A stretch of DNA of 64,000 bases from Acidobacteriota bacterium (lineage in GTDB: Bacteria > Acidobacteriota > Vicinamibacteria > Marinacidobacterales > Marinacidobacteraceae). Location: NCBI GenBank assembly GCA_009835985.1, contig VXWI01000011.1, positions 11,483 through 75,482 of the forward strand, in the 5' to 3' direction. A model generated the notes under the pieces. The model saw only the letters and a list, made by a program, of their open reading frames with translations, had not been told where the DNA came from and did not search any database. This document shows positions 1 to 8,834 of the stretch, piece after piece (the first letter of the stretch is position 1; the number at the start of each line of letters is the position of its first letter). The position numbers were made by a program, and so were the translations under genes.

Positions 1-778
1 ACAAGTAGAGCCCGTTGCTTTCGAAGACGATGCGACCGCCCTCACCTTCCACGACCGAGTGCTGCAGGATCCCTCCGGGGAGCGCAGGAGTGTCCCAACC
101 GTAGCGGACTTCGGCGCGGACTCCGGACGGGTATTCGAGTTCGAGGCGAGCGTGCCGCTCCGGCTCGCTTCCGCCGGGAAAGTCCGCCCGCACCGCCTCC
201 GGCTCGGTGCCGACGATGGCGCCGAGGAGCGCGACGAAATGGATGCCGCCTTCGAGCAGCGCGCCGTGGCCGACCCGCCAGTCGGACGGTTGCTGCCGGG
301 TGAGCTTCGACACGCGCACCCGGCGCAGCGGCCCGATTTCCGGGAGCCACCCCCCGAGACGGCCCAGGGACGGCTTGTAGAGGTAGTTCTCCGCAACCAT
401 CAACGACCCGGGCGGCCGTCCGGCCAGCGCGCGGCCGATCGCGTCGACTTCCGTGCGTGACTGCGCCATCGGCTTTTCCACGAGGACCGACTTGCCGGCT
501 TCAAGGGCGGCGACCGTCTGGGTGGCGTGGTATTCAAGCGGGGAGCAGATAGCGACCGCCGTGATGCCCGGACGCTCCAGGGCCTCCTCGAAACCAGCGA
601 GCGCCTCGCCGGAGAACCGCGCTGCGAGGGCCCGGGCCGACGCGGAGCTCCGGCTGGTGAACGCGAGCCGCGCATGCGGCGCCAGGTTGGCCGCGTGCAC
701 CCGGGCGATCCGGCCGCAACCGACGATGGCGACCGTGGGGAGGCCGGGGGCGGCGTCCGCGGCAGTTGCTCCGGTCAA
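1..778 (-). CDS. Gfo/Idh/MocA family NAD(P)-dependent oxidoreductase, truncated by the left window edge (C-terminus lies beyond position 1)
   Basis: Reverse-strand translation from TTG at 778-776 gives LTGATAADAAPGLPTVAIVGCGRIARVHAANL...AICSPLEYHATQTVAALEAGKSVLVEKPMAQS, i.e. a Rossmann GxGxxG motif plus the EKP motif typical of this family. The frame stays open to position 1. It is absent from the ORF track because there is no stop inside the window. Its start overlaps the GMC stop (TTGA). Confidence 0.6.
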   Translation of the reverse strand, partial: MTGATAADAAPGLPTVAIVGCGRIARVHAANLAPHARLAFTSRSSASARALAARFSGEALAGFEEALERPGITAVAICSPLEYHATQTVAALEAGKSVLVEKPMAQSRTEVDAIGRALAGRPPGSLMVAENYLYKPSLGRLGGWLPEIGPLRRVRVSKLTRQQPSDWRVGHGALLEGGIHFVALLGAIVGTEPEAVRADFPGGSEPERHARLELEYPSGVRAEVRYGWDTPALPGGILQHSVVEGEGGRIVFESNGLYL

Positions 779-2292
779 GACGTTCTCCGGTTCACGATTC
801 CGTCCGCGATGCGAAGGGCTCCCGCCGCAATTGTGAGGCTGGGGTTGACCCCGCCGGAAGCGGGAAAGGTGCTGCCGTCGGTGACGAAGAGGTTGTCGAG
901 TCCGCGCACCCGGCCCGCCGGGTCGAGTGGCGCGTTGTCCCCTCCGCTTCCCATCCGTAGCGTGCCCACCGCATGGGAGAACGACGCAATGGGCCAGACG
1001 TGGGTCGCGAGCGCGCCCGCCGCGCGGAGGATCTTCCGCGCCCGCCGCACGAGCAACTGCAACCGGTCGTGGTCGGCTCTCCGGTAGCGGTGCTCGACCC
1101 GAATCCGCTTCATCCCGAACGCGTCCCTGTCATCTCCCAGAAAGACCCGGTTGGCCGGGTCCGGTTCGTCCTCCGCGACGCACAGAAGATTCTGGAGCCG
1201 GTCCACGAGCGGCTTCGCGAGGAAGGCGCCGGCGACCTTTCCGGCGGCCCGGCGGACGACGCCGGCGTCCGGGGTGTAGATGTCCTGGATGACTCCGGCC
1301 GCGAGCCCGTCCCGGTCACGCGTCTCTTCATAGAAGTCGGTGAAACAGACCTGCTTGTGGAAGACCGCTTCCGGGTTCGTTCGGACGGGGAAGAGCCCGG
1401 CGACCACTGCGTTGCAGTGCCGCATGAGGTAGCGCCCGATGTGGGGTTCGTCCGGAGGCTCGCCGAGCCCGGACCTGAGGAGGATCGCCGGGCTGCCAAG
1501 CGCGCCGGCGGCGAGCACGAACAACGGGGCCTCGAAGGAAACGGTTTCGCCGGATTCCTGATCGACGCAGTCGGCGCTGACTACCTTCACACCGCGGGCC
1601 CGCAGGCTTGACACCACGATGCCGGCACGGACCACGAGTCCCTTCCGCTCGGCGCGGCGCAGGATGCCGGCGGCGTCGTTCTTGGCGTCGATGGCACAGG
1701 GGAAGCCGTCACAGGTGTTGCAGCGCACGCACTGCGGTTTGCCGGTCTCCGAGAAGTTGATGGCCAGCGGGATCGGGAACGGCTGGAAACCGAGACCTTC
1801 TCCGGATCGCCGGATGCGTTCGGCCGGCGCGGAGAACGGAATGGGAGGAAAGGGATACGGACCCGAGCGCGGGGGCTCGAGCGGATCGGCGCCCGCGGCG
1901 CCGTGGACACCGAGCAGTCGCTCTGCCTGCGTGTAGAAGGGCTCCAGGTCCCCATAGCCGATCGGCCAGCGGGCGAAGTCCGGGGGCCGGAGCCGGAGCG
2001 ATGCGCCGCCGTAGAACACCGACATCCCGCCGACCGTCTCGTTCATGGGGAGCGGGCGAAACCGGCGGTCCCCGAGTTGCCGCACCGAGAGGGGCGTCCT
2101 TCCCCGGTAGCGGAGGTCGCTCAGGATCGCCCGTGGGTTCCAGTCGCCTGCATCCCGATGCGGCCAGCGTCCCCGCTCGAGGACCAGTACCCGGGCCCCC
2201 GCCTCGGCAAGCCGATGGGCGGCGAGGGCTCCGCCGAGGCCGGACCCGATGACGACGGCGTCCCAGCCGGCGGCGTCGTCCGAGCGGGACAC
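775..2292 (-). CDS. GMC (glucose-methanol-choline) family FAD-dependent oxidoreductase
   Basis: 505-aa ORF. The N-terminal FAD fold is WDAVVIGSGLGGALAAHRLAEAGARVLVLERG. The C-terminal GMC signature is GLDNLFVTDGSTFPASGGVNPSLTIAAGALRIAD. Confidence 0.85.
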   Translation of the reverse strand: MSRSDDAAGWDAVVIGSGLGGALAAHRLAEAGARVLVLERGRWPHRDAGDWNPRAILSDLRYRGRTPLSVRQLGDRRFRPLPMNETVGGMSVFYGGASLRLRPPDFARWPIGYGDLEPFYTQAERLLGVHGAAGADPLEPPRSGPYPFPPIPFSAPAERIRRSGEGLGFQPFPIPLAINFSETGKPQCVRCNTCDGFPCAIDAKNDAAGILRRAERKGLVVRAGIVVSSLRARGVKVVSADCVDQESGETVSFEAPLFVLAAGALGSPAILLRSGLGEPPDEPHIGRYLMRHCNAVVAGLFPVRTNPEAVFHKQVCFTDFYEETRDRDGLAAGVIQDIYTPDAGVVRRAAGKVAGAFLAKPLVDRLQNLLCVAEDEPDPANRVFLGDDRDAFGMKRIRVEHRYRRADHDRLQLLVRRARKILRAAGALATHVWPIASFSHAVGTLRMGSGGDNAPLDPAGRVRGLDNLFVTDGSTFPASGGVNPSLTIAAGALRIADGIVNRRTS

Positions 2293-2308
2293 GGCCCGAA
2301 GGAGTCCG

Positions 2309-3112
2309 TTACCCGGCGGCGCCGGCCTCCACGAAGGCCGTTGCGGCGACCGCCAGGATCAGCACCCAGGCGCCGTAGTGGAAACCTTCGCGCCGGAAGG
2401 ATTCGACGCGGGGCAGGTCGGGCCGGAACTTCCCGGACATGTTCCGCTGGATGTAGGTCTTGTAGTACTCGACGAGGAAACGCTCGAGCCCCCCGTTCAT
2501 GTAGATCAGGACTCCGAGCGCGACGGGCTCACCGGGCGTCTGTAGCCAGAAAAAAAGCGGCGAGGCGACGGCAAGCGCAAGCCCGGAGCGGAAGAACTTG
2601 AGGGTGTGGAACCCCTCGAAGGGAGCGTCCTTCCAGGCGCCGCCTCCGGACACGAGCAGGCCGGTCAGGTAGGCGACGACGAGATAGGCCCAGAAACCGG
2701 TCACCGGTGTCCCGATGAAGAGCACCGCGATGACTCCGGAGACGAGCACTACGCCGGCCGCGATCCGGAGCGCCCGGCTCCTCACCGGGCGCCCGAGGAT
2801 CGTGAGCGCCGAGGGGACGAAGTATTTCTCCTGCGGCTCCTCGCGGAAGCAGCCCTTGTGGAGTTCGGTGAGGAAGCGCTCGAGCCCCATCACCAGGAAG
2901 AAGAGCTGGACCAGCCCCAGCTCCGCGACCCGTTCGCGGAGGACGGGAACCGCGAGCAGGAAGGCGAAGATGATCAGCGAGAAGAGGACGCTGCGCGGGA
3001 AGGTGCGCGGCTTGAAGCCCTCCCACGGCGAGTCCTTGAAACCGCCCCACAGCGACGTGTAGAGCCCGGACAGCGCGGAAACCAGGAACCCGCCCAGGAA
3101 CCCGGCGCTCAT
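2309..3112 (-). CDS. Hypothetical polytopic membrane protein with a two-fold internal duplication
   Basis: 267-aa ORF located 17 nt upstream of the GMC gene on the same strand. It has multiple hydrophobic helices. Two repeated modules are visible: SLWGGFKDSPWEGFKPRTF with LERFLTELHKG in the first half, and GGGAWKDAPFEGFHTLKFF with LERFLVEYYKT in the second half. Confidence 0.55.
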   Translation of the reverse strand: MSAGFLGGFLVSALSGLYTSLWGGFKDSPWEGFKPRTFPRSVLFSLIIFAFLLAVPVLRERVAELGLVQLFFLVMGLERFLTELHKGCFREEPQEKYFVPSALTILGRPVRSRALRIAAGVVLVSGVIAVLFIGTPVTGFWAYLVVAYLTGLLVSGGGAWKDAPFEGFHTLKFFRSGLALAVASPLFFWLQTPGEPVALGVLIYMNGGLERFLVEYYKTYIQRNMSGKFRPDLPRVESFRREGFHYGAWVLILAVAATAFVEAGAAG

Positions 3113-3140
3113 TCCGCGCTACCGGTCGCCGGGCCGCCCG

Positions 3141-5396
3141 TTAACGGAGGACGTCGAACTGGCGGGTGTACTTGACCGTCAGACTGCGGTTCTGGGGGCC
3201 GATCAGGACGTTGCCGAGTCCCTCGGTGTCGTTGTAGACGACGAACAGGCCGGTGCCGGCGGTGTTCAGCCAACTGAAACGGGCGTTGGTGGACCAGATG
3301 TCGGCGTCGTCGTTGTATTGGACGAGCGCCTGCAGGTAGATCAGCGGGGTGAAGTTGTACGCCACCCGGAACTGGCCGAGGTTCGCCACGAAGCTGCCTT
3401 CGGCCAACTGGATGTCGTTGTAGAGCCACGCCGCCGAGGTGATGAGGCGGGTTCCCCAGCGGTAGTTGATGGTGGTGTCCACCGTGTTCTGTTCCCCCGA
3501 CAGGAACCCGCCGTAGTCGATGGCTCCCGAATACGAGAGCGGCGCGGCGCGGTTCGTGTTCCAGCGCCAGCCCGCCTGCCAGTGCTTGTAGGTCCCGGGC
3601 GGGACCACGATCCCCTCCCGGATCTCGAACGGTTCCTCCAGCCCCTCGGTGATGAGGTTCATGGCCGGGCTGAAGTACCAGCCGTTCTCGAAGTCGAAGT
3701 GGTTGTCCACGTGCAGCCGGCTCGTCTCGAGGAAGCCGTCGAGCGTGCGGAAGCCGTTGTAGGTGATGTGCGGCCGCAACTCGCGGAAGGCGATGGGCAG
3801 TCCCTCGAAGATCTTCGGCCGGAAGTAGCTGAACCAGCCCCAGTCATAGCCTCGATAGGCCTTTCGGCGGAGGAAACCCACCTCCGGGTTGAAGTTGGCG
3901 GCGACTTCCGTGACGCCGGCCCACAGCCGGAGATCCCGGCGGAAGTACTCCCCGCGCGCCATGTAGGCGTACTCCCCGCCGTCGAGAAGTTCGTACCCCG
4001 GTGTCTCGGTCCGCGCCGCGAAACCGGTGAAGGTGAGGGTTTCGCCGATGCCGAGCCGCCCGTCGATGCCCCAGGTGCGGTTCCAGTCGTCCTCGGAGGC
4101 GGGGCCGCTGGTCCCCATCCGGTTCACGAACATGGCCCCGAGCGAAGACCGCTCCCCGAACTCGCGGCTCAGACTCATGACGCTGAAGTTGTTGGCCGCG
4201 ACCACCCCCGCGACCTCCTGGGTCTGCATGTTCAGGAAACCGAGGTTGTAGTCGCCGGCTTTCCCCGAGAGCCGGGCGCCGCCGAGGATGGGCACCGGCG
4301 CGCCCCCGGGCCCGATCCCGATCCGGCGGCTGAAGAAGAGATCCACCGAGCTTCCCTGGCCCATGGAGAAGTTGCCGGCGTTCTCGAGGAAGAAGGGCCG
4401 CTTCTCGGGGAAGAAGAGGTTGAACCGGGAAAGGTTGATCTGCTGGTCGTCCACCTCCACCTGGGCGAAATCGGTGTTGTAGGTGAGGTCCACGTTGAGG
4501 CTCGGGGTAAGGCCGACCTTGGCGTCCACTCCGAAATCGGCGTTGCTCTGGCCCTCCACCTCGACGGCGTAGTCGCGCCCGGCGGCGCCGAGCAGGTAGG
4601 GGGTGACCTGGAAGTTCCGGGGACTCCTCAGTTGGAGCCCATGGAGCTCGCCGGCCGAGGAGAGCCGATAGAGGTCATAGATGCGCGCCACCGGGGACCA
4701 GTAGTCCTCCTCGCGCTTCCGGCGGATGTTGCGGTGGAAGTTGATCCCCCAGGTCTGCGGGCTCGACCCGTAACGGAGGGTCCGCAGCGGGATCGCGAAC
4801 TCGGCCGACCAGCCTTCGTCGGTGACCTGGGTCGCCACCGTCCAGCTTGCGTCCCAGTTGACGTTGAAGCCGCCGCCGGAGCCGGTACGGGCGCGCATCT
4901 GGGGACCGCCCCCTCCGCCCCCGCCTCCGCCGCCGGCGTTGCTCAATTGCCCGTCGTACTCGAGTCCCGCCGGAGTGGTCCCGAAGACGAAGCCGTTCTG
5001 GAGGTCGTGGTAGGTGTCGAAGACGACGCGGAAGGAGTCGGTGTCGTCCAGGTTGGAATCGCGGCGCGCGTCGGTCGCGATGATCCCCGCGGGGTCGCTG
5101 TCGTAGAGCATGGCGCCGATGTAGACCGCCTCCTCGTCGAAGAGGATGCGGACCTCAGTCCGTTCCGTGGCAGGTTCGCCCTCGAAGGGATCCGCCTGCA
5201 CGAAGTCGGTCAGAGGCTCGGCCGCCGCCCAGACGTCCTCGTCAAGCCGGCCGTCGATCGCCGGCGCCTCGATGGTCGAGAACGCGCGGCCGATACGGAC
5301 GCCGGCCGCCGTCGTTTCGTCTTCCGCGCCGGTGACGGGAACCGCCCCGAGGAGGAGGCCGACGAGAACGAACGGGGGAAGAGCCGAAGAGCGCAT
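3141..5396 (-). CDS. Secreted DUF5916-like protein with an N-terminal carbohydrate-binding-family-9-like region (predicted outer-membrane/beta-rich)
   Basis: 751-aa ORF with an N-terminal signal peptide (MRSSALPPFVLVGLLLGAVPVTGAED). Aromatic/Gly-rich beta-strand-like composition runs throughout. A poly-Gly tract of 11 G is present. It lies 28 nt upstream of the membrane-protein gene on the same strand. The family name comes from recall and is not verified. Confidence 0.6.
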   Translation of the reverse strand: MRSSALPPFVLVGLLLGAVPVTGAEDETTAAGVRIGRAFSTIEAPAIDGRLDEDVWAAAEPLTDFVQADPFEGEPATERTEVRILFDEEAVYIGAMLYDSDPAGIIATDARRDSNLDDTDSFRVVFDTYHDLQNGFVFGTTPAGLEYDGQLSNAGGGGGGGGGGPQMRARTGSGGGFNVNWDASWTVATQVTDEGWSAEFAIPLRTLRYGSSPQTWGINFHRNIRRKREEDYWSPVARIYDLYRLSSAGELHGLQLRSPRNFQVTPYLLGAAGRDYAVEVEGQSNADFGVDAKVGLTPSLNVDLTYNTDFAQVEVDDQQINLSRFNLFFPEKRPFFLENAGNFSMGQGSSVDLFFSRRIGIGPGGAPVPILGGARLSGKAGDYNLGFLNMQTQEVAGVVAANNFSVMSLSREFGERSSLGAMFVNRMGTSGPASEDDWNRTWGIDGRLGIGETLTFTGFAARTETPGYELLDGGEYAYMARGEYFRRDLRLWAGVTEVAANFNPEVGFLRRKAYRGYDWGWFSYFRPKIFEGLPIAFRELRPHITYNGFRTLDGFLETSRLHVDNHFDFENGWYFSPAMNLITEGLEEPFEIREGIVVPPGTYKHWQAGWRWNTNRAAPLSYSGAIDYGGFLSGEQNTVDTTINYRWGTRLITSAAWLYNDIQLAEGSFVANLGQFRVAYNFTPLIYLQALVQYNDDADIWSTNARFSWLNTAGTGLFVVYNDTEGLGNVLIGPQNRSLTVKYTRQFDVLR

Positions 5397-5611
5397 AGCC
5401 GGTCAAATTTACCGCGCCGGGCGCCCTCGCGCACGCCTGGAAAACCGCGCCGCCGGGACGAGTCTGCCACGACGCGTGAGAGCCGCGGCACAAGCGACGA
5501 AAACACGGTGAAGACCCGCGGGAGACACCGTTTCCAGGCGGTCGCGGCGCCGGCCGCATGACATAGTTCGCGCCGCGCCGCCCGTCCCGCAGGAGAGGAG
5601 ATTTCCGGAAC

Positions 5612-6391
5612 ATGAACCAAAAGGCCCCGGCCAGCACCCGCGAACTGCTGGACTTCGCCACCGAGATTGCCTGGGAGGCCGGGCGCCTCATCATGAGCCA
5701 CTTCCAGGTGGGGGTGGGCGTCTCCACGAAACCGGACCGCACTCCGGTGACCGAGGCGGACATCGCCGGCGAGCGGCTGCTCCGGAAGCGCATCGAGGCG
5801 AAGTTCCCCGGCCACCGGATCCTCGGCGAGGAGGACGGCGAATCCGGTTCCGACCCCGCGCACCGGTGGATCCTCGATCCCATCGACGGCACCACCTCTT
5901 TCATCCACGGCGTACCGCTGTTCGGGATGCTCATCGGCCTCGAGATCAACGACGAGGCCGTGGTCGGCGTGTGCAACATTGCGGGACTCGGCGAGATGGT
6001 TACCGGGGGCGTGGGGGAGGGGGCCTTCTGGAACGGCCGTCCGGCGCAGGTCTCGAAGGTGACGGAGATGGCGAACGCCCTCGCCACCACCACCGATCCG
6101 GCGACCATCGGCCCCATCTGGGACGCGGTCGGCGCGAAGGGCGCGGTCCGCCGCACCTGGGGGGACGCCTTCGGCCATGCGCTCGTGTGCACCGGACGCT
6201 CCGAGATCGGCCTCGATCCCGAGATGAAGGCGTGGGACTCGAGCCCCTTCCTGCCGATCCTCGAAGAGGCGGGCGGCCGGTTCAGCGACTGGGACGGTAA
6301 CCGCACCATCCACGGTCCGAACGCGCTGAGCACGAATGGCGCCCTCCACGACGAGGTGCTGGAGCTCCTCGCCGAAGTCCGCGGGACGTAG
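5612..6391 (+). CDS. Inositol monophosphatase family protein (IMPase/SuhB/HisN-like)
   Basis: 259-aa ORF. A Shine-Dalgarno GGAGAGGAG lies upstream. Metal-binding motifs EEDGE, WILDPIDGTTSF and GAWD-like (KAWDSSP) are present. Confidence 0.85.
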   Translation: MNQKAPASTRELLDFATEIAWEAGRLIMSHFQVGVGVSTKPDRTPVTEADIAGERLLRKRIEAKFPGHRILGEEDGESGSDPAHRWILDPIDGTTSFIHGVPLFGMLIGLEINDEAVVGVCNIAGLGEMVTGGVGEGAFWNGRPAQVSKVTEMANALATTTDPATIGPIWDAVGAKGAVRRTWGDAFGHALVCTGRSEIGLDPEMKAWDSSPFLPILEEAGGRFSDWDGNRTIHGPNALSTNGALHDEVLELLAEVRGT

Positions 6392-6393
6392 AG

Positions 6394-6448
6394 GGGAGCG
6401 CCGGCCAGTCCTCCCGGTGGGGCCTTCCGACCGGGATCGCGCCGCCTG
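6394..6448 (+). repeat. Partial/variant copy of the same repeat family (type B)
   Basis: GGAGCGCCGGCCAGTCCTCCCGGTGGGGCCTTCCGACCGGGATCGCGCCGCC shares the GGAGCGCCGGCC head and the CAGTCCTCCCGGTGGGG block with the 26414 copy. It sits between the convergent IMPase and amidohydrolase genes. Confidence 0.4.
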
Positions 6449-7870
6449 CTACTGGCCGGCCTTCACCCGCGCCACGACCTCGCGGATCTGATCCGCGAAC
6501 CCGCGGGTCTTCTCCATCACCTCGTCCTCGTCCACGGTTGTGATCTCGCCGTCGCGCACGACGATCCGCCCGTTCACGAGCACGGTCCGGACATCGCTGC
6601 CACGCGTCACGTAGACGAGATGGGAGTAAGGGCGATAGAGCGGCGTCATCCCCGCGCGGCGGGTCTCCACCAGCACGATGTCGGCCTTCTTGCCGACCTC
6701 GAGCGAGCCGATGTCGTCCTGCTGGTTCAGCACCCGCGCGCCGTAGGTGGTGGCCATCCGGAAGACCGTCTCCGCCGGCAGCGAGGTCGGATCGCCGGTC
6801 GCGAACTTGTGAAGCTTCGCCGCCGTGTCCATTTCGCCGAACATGTCGAGGTCGTTGTTGCTCGCCGGGCTGTCGGTCCCGAGGCCTACCGGCACCCCGG
6901 CGGCCAGCAGCGCCTCCACCGGAGCCGCCCGGTCCGCTCCGAGTTTCATGTTGCTCTCCGGGTTGTGGGCCACCCCGGCGCCTCCCGCCGCGACCTTCCG
7001 GATGTCCTCTTCCGACATGTAGGTGCCGTGCGCGAGGACCGTCCCCGGCCGCAGCGCCCCGATGGAGTCCAGCGCGTCGATCGTTCGCATCCCGATCGCC
7101 GCCTCGATCCGCTCGTCCTCGTCGCGGGCTTCCACGACGTGGATCTGGAAGGGAGCGTCGTGGCGCTCCGCGACCTCGAAGGCGGCCCGGGTGGGCTCCA
7201 GGGGAGTGGTGTAGAGCGCGTGGGCGGCGGTGCCGGGGATCAGGAGCGGGTGGTCCCGGTACCGCTCCATGAAGACGTCCGCCTCGGCGAGCGATTCCTC
7301 CGGGGTCTCGAAATCGGGAGCAGGGAAGCCGATCACATTGGGCCCGACGACCGCGCGGATCCCGGCCTCGATCGTCGCCCGGGCCACCTCGTCCGGGAAG
7401 TAGTACATGTCCGTGAAGGTGGTCGTTCCGCTCTTCAGCATCTCGATGGAGGACAGGAGCGTTCCCCAGTAGACGAAGTCAGGGGCCACCAGTTCGGCTT
7501 CGGCCGGGAAGATGTTCTGTTCCAGCCAATCCATCAACGGCAGGTCGTCCGCGAGCCCGCGGAGCAGCGACATCGCGGCGTGCCCGTGGGTGTTGATGAG
7601 CCCGGGGATGACCAGTTGCCCGGTGGCGTCGAGGGTGGGAATCCCGGGCGGCCGGGGCGCCGCCCGGTCGAAGAGCCCGGCGATCCGGTCGCCCTCGACG
7701 AGTACCGCGCCGCCTTCGAGGATGGTCCCCGCCTCGTCCATGACCAACACCGTGCCGCCGTCGATCAGGAGGCGCTCGGCCGGCTGAACCTGCGGTGCCT
7801 CGGAGCCCGAGCACGCGGCCCCGGCAAGCGGCACGGCGAGCAGCAGGCTATGGGTGGGGATGGGGGTCAT
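6449..7870 (-). CDS. Amidohydrolase-family metal-dependent hydrolase/deaminase (MtaD/chlorohydrolase-like), predicted lipoprotein
   Basis: 473-aa ORF. The N-terminus has a lipobox (LAGAAC). The conserved TIM-barrel amidohydrolase pattern is present: PGLINTHGHAAMS ... HVVE ... HGTY ... GLGTDS. Confidence 0.8.
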   Translation of the reverse strand: MTPIPTHSLLLAVPLAGAACSGSEAPQVQPAERLLIDGGTVLVMDEAGTILEGGAVLVEGDRIAGLFDRAAPRPPGIPTLDATGQLVIPGLINTHGHAAMSLLRGLADDLPLMDWLEQNIFPAEAELVAPDFVYWGTLLSSIEMLKSGTTTFTDMYYFPDEVARATIEAGIRAVVGPNVIGFPAPDFETPEESLAEADVFMERYRDHPLLIPGTAAHALYTTPLEPTRAAFEVAERHDAPFQIHVVEARDEDERIEAAIGMRTIDALDSIGALRPGTVLAHGTYMSEEDIRKVAAGGAGVAHNPESNMKLGADRAAPVEALLAAGVPVGLGTDSPASNNDLDMFGEMDTAAKLHKFATGDPTSLPAETVFRMATTYGARVLNQQDDIGSLEVGKKADIVLVETRRAGMTPLYRPYSHLVYVTRGSDVRTVLVNGRIVVRDGEITTVDEDEVMEKTRGFADQIREVVARVKAGQ

Positions 7871-7909
7871 GGATCGGTCCCGGAAGGGTGCGAACCCTAG
7901 CAGTCGGCA

Positions 7910-8833
7910 CTACTCGATCGGGCGCAGTTCCTTCCAGCGCTCGATGAAGGCGACCGCGGCCTCGACGAAGGCTACGGTCCCCCGGCGGCCGCGCTCCACG
8001 CTCGATTCCTCGAGGTCGCGGACGCTCCAGACGCCGGTGTCGGTGATCTCCCGGGTAGAGGTGCCCTTGCCGGTCACCTCGGCCTTCAGGTTTTCGGCGA
8101 GGAATACCCGGAGCGCGGTGGGATCGCCCGCGACCACTTCTGGGACCATGCGCTCGAGGTGCTCCGGCATGGTGAGGGTGGCGGCCCGCGCCTTCGACAG
8201 GTCCACGAGATCGGGGATGAGGTAGAGCGAACTCGACGTCTCCCCGACGCCCCCGTGCCGGTCGAAGACGGGGTCTTCGGAGGAAGGCGCAGGCGTCTCC
8301 TGGCGGAACGGCGCCGCCGCCGCGCCCAGTTCGACGGCGATCCCCTCCGTCTCGTGGTTGATGCGGTCGGCGATGTACTGGGAGATGACGCGGTTGCCCC
8401 CGTGCGCGTTCAGGATCAGGAACCGCTTGAAGCCCTGCCGCATGAGGCTCTTCGCGGCCTCGAAATAGACCTGCTGGATCGTTTCCGCCGGCAGGCTGAC
8501 GGTTCCCGGAAACCCCAGGTGATACGCCGCGTTGCCCACGAACAGGATCGGCGCCACCAGCACGTCGGTGCGCTGGGCGACGAGCTTGGCGCGCTCCATC
8601 CCGTTCAGGAAATCGGTGCCGATGGGGAGGTGCGCCCCGTGCTGTTCCAGCGAGCCGACCGGCATGATGACCATGTCGGTGCGGGTGAGGAGGTCCTCGA
8701 CCTCGGTCCAGCTCATGTGCGGCAGGTAGTTCTTGACCTTCGTTTCTCCCCAGAGCGGATTCGTCTGGGCGCCGGCGGCGCTCGCCGCCAGGAGCGCCCC
8801 GATGATGGCAAGCGTGAACGTGTTCTTCGGCAT
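7910..8833 (-). CDS. Creatininase (creatinine amidohydrolase) family protein with signal peptide
   Basis: 307-aa ORF with a signal peptide (MPKNTFTLAIIGALLAASAAGAQT). The family core GSLEQHGAHLPIGTD and LNAHGGN is present. Confidence 0.8.
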   Translation of the reverse strand: MPKNTFTLAIIGALLAASAAGAQTNPLWGETKVKNYLPHMSWTEVEDLLTRTDMVIMPVGSLEQHGAHLPIGTDFLNGMERAKLVAQRTDVLVAPILFVGNAAYHLGFPGTVSLPAETIQQVYFEAAKSLMRQGFKRFLILNAHGGNRVISQYIADRINHETEGIAVELGAAAAPFRQETPAPSSEDPVFDRHGGVGETSSSLYLIPDLVDLSKARAATLTMPEHLERMVPEVVAGDPTALRVFLAENLKAEVTGKGTSTREITDTGVWSVRDLEESSVERGRRGTVAFVEAAVAFIERWKELRPIE

Positions 8834-8834
8834 G

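Noticed and set aside
59-460. Plus-strand 133-aa ORF at the window start.
   Set aside because: It is antisense to the well-supported Gfo/Idh/MocA gene and has low-complexity composition.
526-545. Apparent frameshift in the Gfo/Idh/MocA gene (extra G in a G-run, missing C near 480) when hand-reading the printed sequence.
   Set aside because: The ORF-track translations (453..836, 527..1087, 534..719) imply a sequence in which the Gfo frame is continuous (..AICSPLEYHATQ..). I attribute the discrepancy to my own transcription uncertainty at single-base level, not to a real pseudogene.
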